The notes beneath the pieces are model-generated. The model saw only the letters and a program-made list of their open reading frames with translations, did no database searches and was not told where the DNA came from. This document shows positions 1 to 8,927 of a stretch of DNA of 64,000 bases, piece by piece; positions within the stretch are counted from its first letter, which is position 1; every line of letters starts with the position of its first letter. Source of the stretch: Spirochaetia bacterium. Its GTDB lineage: Bacteria > Spirochaetota > Spirochaetia > UBA9216. The stretch lies in the NCBI GenBank assembly GCA_963677925.2, contig CAXXYH010000004.1, forward strand, positions 1,920,001 to 1,984,000. Reading direction: 5' to 3'. The position numbers and the translations under genes were made by a program.

Positions 1-665
1 TCAGCGGCTTCAGCATGAATCTTAAAGCATCATCTGTGACAGCTATCCTGGGGCCTTCCGGCTGCGGAAAGTCCAGCCTTCTTAATCTCGTTCACGGTCT
101 CCTTCAGCCTCAGAAAGGAAATATAGAAGTCGGTGCTGAATCGATCTGTAAAAGCTATCTGTTTCAGGAGCCGAGGCTGCTTCCCTGGCGGACTGCAATG
201 CAGAATATTGAACTGGTGCTCAAAGCAGATCACTCGCCAAAAGAATCCAGGGAGATTGCTCAAACCTTTCTTGACGCAGTAGGATTATCCGGGTTTGAAA
301 AGTACTATCCGGCAAGACTTTCAGGCGGTATGCGTCAGCGTGTGGCCATTGCAAGAGCCTTTGCTTATCCGGCCGGTATGATTCTTATGGACGAGCCCTT
401 TCAGGCTCTGGATCTCCGTCTTAAGCTGGAACTGACCAGTTTATTTCTGAAGCTCTGGACGGCTGATAACCGGACCGCAGTCTTTGTTACCCATGACATC
501 AATGAGGCTCTGATTCTTGGCGATGAAATTATCGTTCTGTCTGGAAGCCGCCCGGCCGTCATCAGAAAGATCATTGAAAACCCGCTGAAAATATCTGAAC
601 GAAATCCGGATCATCCGGAACTCATGGCTATCGAAGCTGAACTGTACCGGCTTCTCACAGATTGA
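1..665 (+). CDS. NitT/TauT-family ABC transporter ATP-binding protein (probably 5'-truncated by the window edge)
   Basis: Walker A GPSGCGKS, LFQEPRLLPW, signature LSGGMRQR, Walker B ILMDEPF, H-loop VTHD. The frame is open back to the window start. Confidence 0.88.
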   Translation, partial: SGFSMNLKASSVTAILGPSGCGKSSLLNLVHGLLQPQKGNIEVGAESICKSYLFQEPRLLPWRTAMQNIELVLKADHSPKESREIAQTFLDAVGLSGFEKYYPARLSGGMRQRVAIARAFAYPAGMILMDEPFQALDLRLKLELTSLFLKLWTADNRTAVFVTHDINEALILGDEIIVLSGSRPAVIRKIIENPLKISERNPDHPELMAIEAELYRLLTD

Positions 666-667
666 AC

Positions 668-696
668 TTGACAGCTTTTGAATATGCACATATAGT
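668..696 (+). promoter_or_regulatory. sigma70 promoter of the leader-RNHCP-rsgA operon
   Basis: TTGACA (668-673), 17 nt spacer, TATAGT (691-696). Confidence 0.8.
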
Positions 697-727
697 TAAT
701 TATCTTAAATTACCTGAGGAGGCGTTA

Positions 728-781
728 ATGTTGGATATTGTTGTTAAAGATGTTCCTGTTCAGGGAAATTTTGACTGCTGA
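728..781 (+). CDS. putative leader peptide MLDIVVKDVPVQGNFDC (17 aa)
   Basis: Strong SD GAGGAGG (716-722) 5 nt before ATG728, stop TGA 779-781, directly after a consensus promoter. Not in the ORF track. Confidence 0.6.
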   Translation: MLDIVVKDVPVQGNFDC

Positions 782-891
782 AAATTTTAAAGCACCAGTC
801 TAAGCATCCCTCCGGAAAAATCTTTTTAAAACCAAATTTCTAATCGAACAGGACATCACGTACATTTATCTCAATCTTTAAAAGGGAATGT

Positions 892-1266
892 ATGTCGAGA
901 TCTATCCAGAATAATATTGAGTATCATGAAACTTTTATCTGCAGCAACTGCGGAACCGCAGTAAGTCCTCCGGTATACGGTGGAGAACATCGTAATCACT
1001 GTCCGCACTGCCTGTACAGTCTCCATGTTGATTTAAAGAAGGGAGACAGACGCTGCGGCTGCAGGGGATTAATGGAGCCTATTTCAATCTGGTGCAGACC
1101 TTCAGGAGAATGGTCTGTGATTCACAGATGTATTAAGTGCGGATTTATCCGCCTTAACAGGATAGCGGGAGATGATAATGATGCAATGCTTCTGAAACTG
1201 GCTGTAAAGCCGATTTCAATGCTTCCGTTTCCTGTTGAGCAGTTATGGAGAAGTAAATATGAATAA
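892..1266 (+). CDS. RNHCP domain protein (Cys-rich, probably Zn-binding)
   Basis: Literal HRNHCPHCL motif, CxxC pairs (CSNC, CIKC), C-terminal NRIAGDDN. Confidence 0.9.
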   Translation: MSRSIQNNIEYHETFICSNCGTAVSPPVYGGEHRNHCPHCLYSLHVDLKKGDRRCGCRGLMEPISIWCRPSGEWSVIHRCIKCGFIRLNRIAGDDNDAMLLKLAVKPISMLPFPVEQLWRSKYE

Positions 1267-2341
1267 TTTCAAATGGGGCTGGAACAGCCTCCTTGAAGAA
1301 GAATATGCTCCTTTCAGGGAGCAGGGCCTGCATGCGGGCCGTGTTGTAAAAGAAAGCCGCCATATCTATACGATAGCCGATATTGAGCAGGAGGCAGCTG
1401 ATAATTTTCTTACCGGAGAGGTCTCCGGTTCTTTTAAGTACAGGACCGCGGTGCCGTCTGATTTTCCGGTCACAGGAGACTGGGTGGCTTTCAGACCTGC
1501 GTCAGAATCAACTGCTGTCATAGAGCATGTACTTCCGCGGAGGACAAAATTTTCACGAAAGACCGCAGGAACCCGTACCGATGAGCAGATTGTGGCTTCT
1601 AACATCGATGTCATATTCATTGTTTTTGGACTGGATGGGGGGCGCAACTATACCTCCGGAGGTCTGGAGCGTTACGTTACGCTTGCCTGGAACAGCGGTG
1701 CGGTCCCTGTGATTATCCTGAACAAAGCGGACCTGTGCAGCGATGAATACCGTGAGCAGGTGATTGCTGAGGCTCTAAATGCAGCGCCAGGTGTAGACAT
1801 CTACCATGTAAGTGCAGTGACCGGTGAGGGGCTGGCCAATCTTGCCGGCTCTGTAAAGCCCGGCTCTACGGTTGCGCTCACCGGGCCGTCGGGGGTAGGG
1901 AAGTCGACAATAATAAACTACCTGCTTGAGAATGATCTTCAGAGGACTTCCGCTCCCAGAGCGGGGGATCTGCGAGGCAGACATACCACAACACACCGTG
2001 AGATGTTTCTGCTGCCATCCGGGCTTATCCTTATCGATACTCCGGGGCTGAAAGAGATTCAGCTATGGGCTGGTGAGGATTCGCTTAATGAAACCTTTCA
2101 GGACATCCTTGAACTTGCTTCTGAATGCCGTTTCAGCGACTGTTCACATCAGGCTGAACCGGGCTGTGCCGTTCAGCTTGCACTCGCTTCCGGTGAGCTT
2201 GATTCCCGCAGGTATGACAGTTTTCTGAGTCTTCAAAAGGAAATACGTTATCTGAACAGAAGAACAGATGAAAAACTTGCCAGAGAAGAGAAGGAAAAGT
2301 GGAAAAATATTGCGAAACTTGCCAGGCAGTTCAAGAAGTAA
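1259..2341 (+). CDS. rsgA: ribosome small subunit-dependent GTPase A (RsgA family)
   Basis: OB-fold PVTGDWV, circularly permuted G motifs NKAD, GPSGVGKS, RHTTT, DTPG, Zn finger CRFSDCSH..EPGC. Start moved to ATG1259 (GGAG SD, overlaps the RNHCP stop). Confidence 0.92.
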   Translation: MNNFKWGWNSLLEEEYAPFREQGLHAGRVVKESRHIYTIADIEQEAADNFLTGEVSGSFKYRTAVPSDFPVTGDWVAFRPASESTAVIEHVLPRRTKFSRKTAGTRTDEQIVASNIDVIFIVFGLDGGRNYTSGGLERYVTLAWNSGAVPVIILNKADLCSDEYREQVIAEALNAAPGVDIYHVSAVTGEGLANLAGSVKPGSTVALTGPSGVGKSTIINYLLENDLQRTSAPRAGDLRGRHTTTHREMFLLPSGLILIDTPGLKEIQLWAGEDSLNETFQDILELASECRFSDCSHQAEPGCAVQLALASGELDSRRYDSFLSLQKEIRYLNRRTDEKLAREEKEKWKNIAKLARQFKK

Positions 2342-2774
2342 ATGAATTGGTCTTCTGTTCCATGATTTCTACGGGGCTGCCCGTCGGGGCGGCCTCATTT
2401 TTCTCACATGCTGCGGAGTTTATGGCATACAGCAGCTGCTTGTTCCCTAGAGGTTTGCTTAGAACCGCGTAGGGAGCGGCCTGCTGTGCTTTTTTCAGGA
2501 AATCCGGATCGGAAGTTCCTGTTATAAAAATAATCTGAACAGCAGGATTCAGCTCTTTCAGCTTCATCCCTGTGTCTATCATTGCAGTTTCAGCCGCTTT
2601 TTCAGCCTCAATTAATACTATGTCAGGAAAGTGTCTCGATGAATATTCAACTGCAGCATCACTGTCTGAAAAGATTTGGTTTACCCTGTATCCGTAATTA
2701 TAGAGTTTTACTTTTAATTCTATGGCGAACATAATATCAGTCTCAGTGATTATTATCATGGATGTGATGTTCAT
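2331..2774 (-). CDS. single-domain response regulator receiver, atypical
   Basis: Receiver pattern (PDIVLIE, IIFITG, LSKP). Start moved to ATG2774 behind AAGGAG. Confidence 0.75.
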   Translation of the reverse strand: MNITSMIIITETDIMFAIELKVKLYNYGYRVNQIFSDSDAAVEYSSRHFPDIVLIEAEKAAETAMIDTGMKLKELNPAVQIIFITGTSDPDFLKKAQQAAPYAVLSKPLGNKQLLYAINSAACEKNEAAPTGSPVEIMEQKTNSFTS

Positions 2775-2809
2775 GTCCGGATCTCCTTTTATACGAATGC
2801 CGAATAACA

Positions 2810-3337
2810 TTACGTTATATTAATGTTAGGAGATGATGATGCGGAAGTCAAATATCTGTATGTTTTTAGCGATTTGAATGTAACACATTTTTTTCTACCG
2901 TTGCTAAGGTCGAAATCAAGAACCAGGTCGGTGTTCAGGCTGAAGCTGATGTCAGAAAAATTTGGAATCTTTTTAGTATTTACTCCCTCCTTCCACGATA
3001 AGGCCCATGGTTCAGTCGGCCCAAAGAGTCCTCTGTTAAGTTTTTTATTACCGTCAGAATCCTGAAAAATTCTGACGGCATATTCTCCTTCGGGTATGTT
3101 TTCAAATTTAAAAGCGATATTTTCTGAAGAAGGATATACAAGCAGTGTTTTAATGCCGCTTGCCTGAGTTTTCATATCAGCTTCTTCTATAAGAAATATA
3201 TACACAGGAGCCTGAGTTTCTTCCACATGGATGCTTCCTGATATTTGATGGAATGCATTGTCTTCCGCAAATGAAGAGTATGCGGTGAATAGAATGAATA
3301 TGAAAATTGTACAGGTGAGTATTGACTTCTTTATCAT
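2810..3337 (-). CDS. DUF2141-family secreted protein
   Basis: Signal peptide and the pattern IPEGEYAVRIFQDSDGNKKLNRGLFGPTEPW. Confidence 0.75.
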   Translation of the reverse strand: MIKKSILTCTIFIFILFTAYSSFAEDNAFHQISGSIHVEETQAPVYIFLIEEADMKTQASGIKTLLVYPSSENIAFKFENIPEGEYAVRIFQDSDGNKKLNRGLFGPTEPWALSWKEGVNTKKIPNFSDISFSLNTDLVLDFDLSNGRKKCVTFKSLKTYRYLTSASSSPNINIT

Positions 3338-3805
3338 CCGCCTGACCTTATCTCATCCATAATGCTGTGAGACTGTTTGAAAATTAAGGGCTTCAGAAGC
3401 CTTTTGAAAAACGGAACATTCTGTCTATCGAACTCCATAAGCGGGCTTAAATCATCTCCGTAAAAATCTTCAAGTGCGTTCTTATGTACATAAATGAAGT
3501 GAAATCTGGTTTCAAAACCGGCTTCCCGGGGCTATTGCAGAAAATAGATTAGCTTTCTGCATGCATACTCCGTAGCTATTGTTGATAACTTCTTCAACGC
3601 TTATGTCCTGAGGATAGATCCAGTTGAATTCTATTTCATCTCTGACAAAGTAAAAAATTGCTTCCAGTTTTTCCTCTTCGTTTTCGGTTCCTGATAGGAT
3701 TTCCGCTGTCTTTGACTTTACAGCTGTTTCAGTTTTTTCATCTTCCGCAGGAGTAATACAGCCCATAATACTGATTGCCGCAAGTACTGTGAATAAATTC
3801 TTCAT
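3334..3805 (-). pseudogene. transglutaminase-like lipoprotein, frameshifted
   Basis: Lipobox IMGC, AIFYFVRDEI..YGVCMQKANL. Removing one base from the G run near 3528-3531 continues the frame as AREAGFETRFHF to TGA3334, which overlaps the DUF2141 ATG (ATGA). Confidence 0.7.
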
Positions 3806-4443
3806 TCAATATCTCCTTTAAACATTTTGATTCCAAGAGGTAAATAGCAAATGCACATAAGCACAGCTCCTGCGCTGCTGATTATTTCAATATCAGGATT
3901 ATTTAAAAGAAGCAGACCTATAATTCCGGTAAGGCCGATTATTTTCCTGATTTTTCCTGCCCTTATAATCCCTATAAGCTGTGCGGCGGCGCCCAGGGGC
4001 AGGAGAGGCAGAAGTATAAACAGGCTTAGCAGGCCTTTCCGCTGCAGGATTGTTCTGAGAGCCGGTTCGATTATCTGAAATTCATGTTCGGGCAGGGTAT
4101 TGAATGCAGAGAGCACTATGCATAAGGCACCCTTGTCTCCTGCGAGGATTACCGCACCGGTTACCGCTGCTATTCCTCCGTAAATTATCCATCGGGATCC
4201 TTTCCCTGTTTCAATCAGTATGAGTCCGGTAACTGCAATTATGATAAAGGGTACAGCAGCAAATACAATCAGATGGCCGACGTGGAAAAGCGGCTGATGA
4301 TGGAAATTCCTGACAAGTTCGGCTACTGTTTCAGTAATTTTTAAAGAAAGAATGTCAGGATGCATTAAGAATCCCGTGAGCAGCATGAACGGGAAGACTA
4401 TCATTGAAATTCCCGATGCCTTTTTTAAGAAATTCTGATTCAT
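3802..4443 (-). CDS. multi-pass membrane protein of unknown function
   Basis: About six hydrophobic segments, AGGAG SD, ATGA overlap with the next gene. Confidence 0.8.
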   Translation of the reverse strand: MNQNFLKKASGISMIVFPFMLLTGFLMHPDILSLKITETVAELVRNFHHQPLFHVGHLIVFAAVPFIIIAVTGLILIETGKGSRWIIYGGIAAVTGAVILAGDKGALCIVLSAFNTLPEHEFQIIEPALRTILQRKGLLSLFILLPLLPLGAAAQLIGIIRAGKIRKIIGLTGIIGLLLLNNPDIEIISSAGAVLMCICYLPLGIKMFKGDIE

Positions 4444-4457
4444 TTCGATCTCCTATA

Positions 4458-4472
4458 GTTAACCAGGTTAAC
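4458..4472. promoter_or_regulatory. palindromic operator GTTAACC-A-GGTTAAC, copy 1 (putative MarR site)
   Basis: Perfect 7-bp arms, just upstream of the SD of the 4443 gene, repeated at 4933-4946. Confidence 0.7.
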
Positions 4473-4487
4473 AAAAAAATAAAAAAA

Positions 4488-4922
4488 TCAGCTGATTAGT
4501 TCATTCAGCTTTTTAAAATACTTAAGTACGGTAAGATAATCCTGTTCAGAGAACTCTTTTTCAATCTCTCTAAGCGGTCCGAAATTCTTCCTGTCAAACT
4601 GATGATGAAACTCTGCAGCTGCTTTTCCCTTCCCGGTCAGATGGAAGATCACTTCCTTTGCATTAGCAGCAGGACGGTTTTTTGTTATATAACCAAGTTT
4701 CAACATTTTTGATGTAAACTTGGATACTGCAGCTTTTGATACATCCAGATATTCAGCAAGCTGAGTGAGGTTGGCTCCGGGGTGCTGTTCTATTGCAGTT
4801 ACAGTGTGTATGTCGGAAGAGTAGAGTACGTCGCCTGTTCCGTAGTCCCTGGGTGAACTCTCGAGATTCCGCAGGTACTGATGAGCTGTGTATATGTAAT
4901 GAAGCAGAGATTCTCTTTCCAT
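4488..4922 (-). CDS. MarR-family transcriptional regulator
   Basis: wHTH ANLTQLAEYLDVSKAAVSKFTSKM..GYI and wing FHLTGKG. Confidence 0.9.
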   Translation of the reverse strand: MERESLLHYIYTAHQYLRNLESSPRDYGTGDVLYSSDIHTVTAIEQHPGANLTQLAEYLDVSKAAVSKFTSKMLKLGYITKNRPAANAKEVIFHLTGKGKAAAEFHHQFDRKNFGPLREIEKEFSEQDYLTVLKYFKKLNELIS

Positions 4923-4932
4923 ATTTTTATAA

Positions 4933-4946
4933 TTAACCAGGTTAAC
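4933..4946. promoter_or_regulatory. operator copy 2, in the marR promoter region
   Basis: TTAACCAGGTTAAC lies between a minus-strand TTGACT (4952-4957) and the marR start. Confidence 0.68.
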
Positions 4947-4966
4947 AAAAAAGTCAATATTAATTT

Positions 4967-5004
4967 AAAAAAAAGACTAACCAGGACATTTCCTGATTAG
5001 CCTT
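4967..5004 (-). terminator. intrinsic terminator of tRNA-Phe
   Basis: Minus strand GGCTAATCAGGA-AATG-TCCTGGTTAGTC followed by a T run. Confidence 0.75.
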
Positions 5005-5013
5005 TGATTATAT

Positions 5014-5086
<73 letters not shown>

Positions 5087-5096
5087 AATGGAGTAA

Positions 5097-5125
5097 TTTA
5101 TACTTAAATGCAGAAAAAATGTCAA
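5097..5125 (-). promoter_or_regulatory. sigma70 promoter of tRNA-Phe
   Basis: Minus strand TTGACA, 17 nt, TATAAA. Confidence 0.75.
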
Positions 5126-5184
5126 TAGATTTAGACTATAAAACTTTGCTTTATAATTTATGAAGCTTCGGTTATAATCCGCCT

Positions 5185-5955
5185 ATGAACGGCAGCTCCT
5201 TATCCTCTGATCAGTCATCGCTTGATATTATAATTCCTGTATTCAACGGTGCGGAATATTTAAGGGAAACTCATAAGCAGCTTACTTCAGTACTTATCAG
5301 CATTACTGAGAACTACCGGATTATTTTTGTTGATGACGGCAGTTCTGACGGCAGTAATTCGGTGATGAAGGAGATATCAGCTGCAGACCCCTGTTCAGGA
5401 TGGATAAGGCTTGAGCATAATTTTGGACAGCAGCCTGCTACGGTCAGCGGAATAAGACAGGGCCGGGGCGTGCCGGTGCTGACAATGGACGATGATCTTC
5501 AGCATCCACCAGAACTTATTCCTGACATGCTTAAGCTCCTGGGCCTGGGGTATGATGCAGTTTTTGCTGTGAAGGGGATAAATGAAAAAAGGGCATTCGG
5601 CAGCAGAATGCGTGATCTCTTTTTTTCGGCCATTACAACTTCCGGCAGTGTTAAGGTTTCAAGCTACCGTCTTTTAGGAAAAAATGCTGTAAATAAATTA
5701 CTTGATATAGATGGTGATGAATTCTACATCTCCGCAGAAGTCCTCAGAGATAATAAACTGAAGGCGTCCAATGTGTACTACACCGGAACAGAATTACGGG
5801 GCCGGCGGGGCAGATATTCTGTTTTGAGCAGACTTATGCTGTTTGCCGGACTGTTATCAAAATATACATTCAGAAATAACCGAACTAGTGCCGGAAATAT
5901 TACCTCCGGTTCTGTTCAGTGCAAAATAGCTGATAAGGGAGGATTTCTTTGCTGA
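5185..5955 (+). CDS. GT2 polyprenol-phosphate glycosyltransferase (GtrB/ArnC-like)
   Basis: IIIPVFN, VDDGSSD, HNFGQQ, TMDDDLQHPP. Confidence 0.85.
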   Translation: MNGSSLSSDQSSLDIIIPVFNGAEYLRETHKQLTSVLISITENYRIIFVDDGSSDGSNSVMKEISAADPCSGWIRLEHNFGQQPATVSGIRQGRGVPVLTMDDDLQHPPELIPDMLKLLGLGYDAVFAVKGINEKRAFGSRMRDLFFSAITTSGSVKVSSYRLLGKNAVNKLLDIDGDEFYISAEVLRDNKLKASNVYYTGTELRGRRGRYSVLSRLMLFAGLLSKYTFRNNRTSAGNITSGSVQCKIADKGGFLC

Positions 5956-7223
5956 TTCATATTCTGGGCGGAGGCTCAGGCCAGCTCAGCCTGATAAACA
6001 GATGCCGTGAGCTAGGTTTCAAAGTCTCGGTTTCCGATAAGAATCCGGAAGCTCCGGGCTGCCTGCTTGCTGATTATTTTATTGAGGCTTCAACCTTCGA
6101 CGCTGAACGGACCGCAGATGCACTATCTGCTTTTATGAGCGAGACCGGTGAACATATCGACGGTATTATTGCCGCTGCAACCGATCAGCCTGTACTGACT
6201 GCCGCAATTGTTTCAGAATCACTCGGTATTGCCTATCATCTAAACCGGAGGCAGGCAGAGCTTGTAACAGATAAAATCGAGCAGAAAAATTTTCTGAACA
6301 GCCGTGGAATTCCTCTCCTTCCTTACCGTGTTATCGAAAAAGGTTTCAGTCCCGGGGATCTTGATGGGATGATGTTTCCAGTTGTCTGCAAACCGGCAGA
6401 TTCCCAGGGACAGCGCGGAGTTGTGGTAGCGGATAGTCCGGAAGAGGTGAGTGACTTCTACCAGGAAGTAGAATCGCACAGCCGCCGGCAGGGTATCCTT
6501 GTTGAGGAGTACTACGATTCAGAAGAAGTTACTCTGAGCGGATGGGTTGAAAACGGTAAGCTGCATGTATTGTCTCTGACAGACAGGGTTACCACACAGA
6601 ATCTCCCTCATATCGGAGTCTGCATTGCACATCATTATCCATCGAAACATATGGATAAGCTTCAAGAGATTCGGAATATCGCCTCCCGTGTAATTGAATT
6701 TACAGGGATTAAATCCGGTCCGGCATACATGCAGTTTCTCTGCGGCGGGCGCGGAGTTTTTCTGAATGAAGCGGCAGCCCGGCTGGGCGGGGCATATGAA
6801 GACCGTTTTATACCCTTTATCTGCGGAACGGATCTTCTTGATCTGAGTATAAGCCTTGCAACCGGGCAGCCGGCAGGGAAGAGCATTATAAATAAGCCTG
6901 ACTTCAATAAGATTGACAGGGTTGTTTCACTGCAGATGTTTTACTGCTGTGAAGGTGTGATTAAATCATGCTCCGGTATGAATGAGGTTCTAAGCCTTGA
7001 TGACGTTACTGCCGGAGGTTTTCTTCAGTCTGAAGGAACTGCAATAAGGCCGATGCAGGATTCGACTCAGCGTGCAGGGTATTTCCTTGTCTGTACAGGA
7101 ACCATGAAGAAAGCGGATGCTGCAGTTTCAGCAGCATATAAAAATCTTGAGATCCGCGACCTGCATGGGAAAAATATGATAATCTTTGACAATAAAATGC
7201 TTTTCGGGGGCTATAGTGGCTAA
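5949..7223 (+). CDS. ATP-grasp domain ligase
   Basis: ILGGGSGQ, TDK, PVVCKPADSQGQRGV, LVEEY, NEAAARLGG. Confidence 0.85.
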   Translation: MLIHILGGGSGQLSLINRCRELGFKVSVSDKNPEAPGCLLADYFIEASTFDAERTADALSAFMSETGEHIDGIIAAATDQPVLTAAIVSESLGIAYHLNRRQAELVTDKIEQKNFLNSRGIPLLPYRVIEKGFSPGDLDGMMFPVVCKPADSQGQRGVVVADSPEEVSDFYQEVESHSRRQGILVEEYYDSEEVTLSGWVENGKLHVLSLTDRVTTQNLPHIGVCIAHHYPSKHMDKLQEIRNIASRVIEFTGIKSGPAYMQFLCGGRGVFLNEAAARLGGAYEDRFIPFICGTDLLDLSISLATGQPAGKSIINKPDFNKIDRVVSLQMFYCCEGVIKSCSGMNEVLSLDDVTAGGFLQSEGTAIRPMQDSTQRAGYFLVCTGTMKKADAAVSAAYKNLEIRDLHGKNMIIFDNKMLFGGYSG

Positions 7224-8151
7224 AAAATTTATTCTGCTTATTTTACTTGCGACAGCTGTTCTTTCGGTTTCATGCTCAAAAGAAGCCTCTATAACAATAG
7301 CAGAGCAGTACGGGCTTGCCTATGCTCCGCTTCAGATAATGAAAGCAAAGGGATTTCTTGAAAAAGCAGTGCCCGGTCTCACGGTTAACTGGGTAAAGCT
7401 TGGAAATACTGCTGCTATAAGAGAAGCCGTACTTGCCGGTGATGTTGATGCCGGTTTTATGGGAATTCCCCCCTTTCTAATCGGCTACGATAAGGGTATG
7501 GAGTGGCAGCTTGTCACCGGCCTCAGTATCTGCCCTGTAGGGCTTGTTGCAGATCCCAACAAGATTCCGGATCTTTCTGCACTCGAACCGGGGCAAAGGA
7601 TTGCGCTTCCCCAGCCGGGCAGTATTCAGCACATCCTGCTGTCGATGGCGTCCGAGCGTGAGTTTGGAAATGCCGCCAGATTTGATTCAAGCCTTGTAAC
7701 GATGAAGCATCCTGACGGTGAGACTGCTCTTTTCTCGGGCTCTGTTGACGCTCATTTTACCTCTCCTCCGTACATCTTTGACGAAACAAGCGGGAACAAC
7801 GGTGCATTTGAGATTATCCTCACGGGTGAGGAAGCTTTCGGCGGGGAGTTCACCTTTATTGCAGGTATGGCATCAAATGCATTTATAGAAGAAAAGCCGG
7901 AACTGCTGAACGCATATTTAAGTGCACTGGATGAATCGATTGCTTTTCTCAGTACAAATGCAGCCGAGGCTGCAGAGATTCTCTCTAAATTATATGACAT
8001 CCCAGCAGATACGGTTCTTGCATATCTGTCTGAACCGGGTTTCCTCTTCACCACCGAAGTCAAAGGATATGAGCGCTTTGTTGCTTTCATGATTGAGCAG
8101 GGATACCTTTCCGGCGGCAGCTCTTATGAAGAGGCTGTTTATCAAAGATGA
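7216..8151 (+). CDS. NitT/TauT-family ABC substrate-binding lipoprotein
   Basis: Lipobox SVSC and SsuA-like motifs (QYGLAYAP, GDVDAG, IALPQPGS). GTG7216 start overlaps the upstream stop. Confidence 0.85.
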   Translation: MAKKFILLILLATAVLSVSCSKEASITIAEQYGLAYAPLQIMKAKGFLEKAVPGLTVNWVKLGNTAAIREAVLAGDVDAGFMGIPPFLIGYDKGMEWQLVTGLSICPVGLVADPNKIPDLSALEPGQRIALPQPGSIQHILLSMASEREFGNAARFDSSLVTMKHPDGETALFSGSVDAHFTSPPYIFDETSGNNGAFEIILTGEEAFGGEFTFIAGMASNAFIEEKPELLNAYLSALDESIAFLSTNAAEAAEILSKLYDIPADTVLAYLSEPGFLFTTEVKGYERFVAFMIEQGYLSGGSSYEEAVYQR

Positions 8152-8927
8152 AAATCAGCCGGTATACATTAAGCAGTGTCCTCTGGTTCATTATACTGCT
8201 CGCTGCCTGGGAGGCTGCTTCACGAAGCGGGCTTATTTCTCCGCTTATACTGCCGAATGTTGAAGATACTCTGAGCAGCTTTTTAAAGAATCTTGTCTCG
8301 GGTGAACTTGCAGCAGGTACTGCAGTCTCACTGCTTTTTGTTCTCACCGGTATATCTGCCGGCATATTTGTCTCGATCCTGCTTGCTTCGCTTTCTTTTC
8401 AGTTTAAATTAATCAGGAGTCTCGGAAATCTTCTTACTGCAGTTTTTCATCCGCTTCCCGGAATTGCACTTATGCCGCTGTTTATCCTTTTTTTCGGTAT
8501 TGGACGGCTTACTGTTCTGATGGTTATCCTGCATTCTGTTTTATGGCCTTTGTTCATCAATATAAGTGCGGGATTTAATTCAGTTCCTGAGCTGTACAAA
8601 AAAATAGGATATAACTACGGATTCAGCCGGACTCAATTTTTTTTCAGGATAATGGTTCCTGCTGCATTTCCTCATATTTTCGCCGGCCTCCGAACCGCAT
8701 GGGCAAGAGCCTGGCGTGCTGCTATCAGTGCGGAAATGCTTTTCGGAATCACCGGAAGCGGGGGAGGTCTTGGCTGGTATATATTCAGCCGGCGGATCTT
8801 CATGGATACCCAGGGGATGTACGCCGGTATAATCATGCTTGCATTGATAGGACTTCTTGTGGAAAGTGTGCTGTTCAGGAAGATTGAGCTTAGAACACTG
8901 GTAAAATGGGGGATGTCGGAGAAATGA
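8148..8927 (+). CDS. NitT/TauT-family ABC permease
   Basis: PLPGIALMPL, PAAFPHIFAGLR..W..AISAEM, GLGW. Confidence 0.88.
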   Translation: MKISRYTLSSVLWFIILLAAWEAASRSGLISPLILPNVEDTLSSFLKNLVSGELAAGTAVSLLFVLTGISAGIFVSILLASLSFQFKLIRSLGNLLTAVFHPLPGIALMPLFILFFGIGRLTVLMVILHSVLWPLFINISAGFNSVPELYKKIGYNYGFSRTQFFFRIMVPAAFPHIFAGLRTAWARAWRAAISAEMLFGITGSGGGLGWYIFSRRIFMDTQGMYAGIIMLALIGLLVESVLFRKIELRTLVKWGMSEK

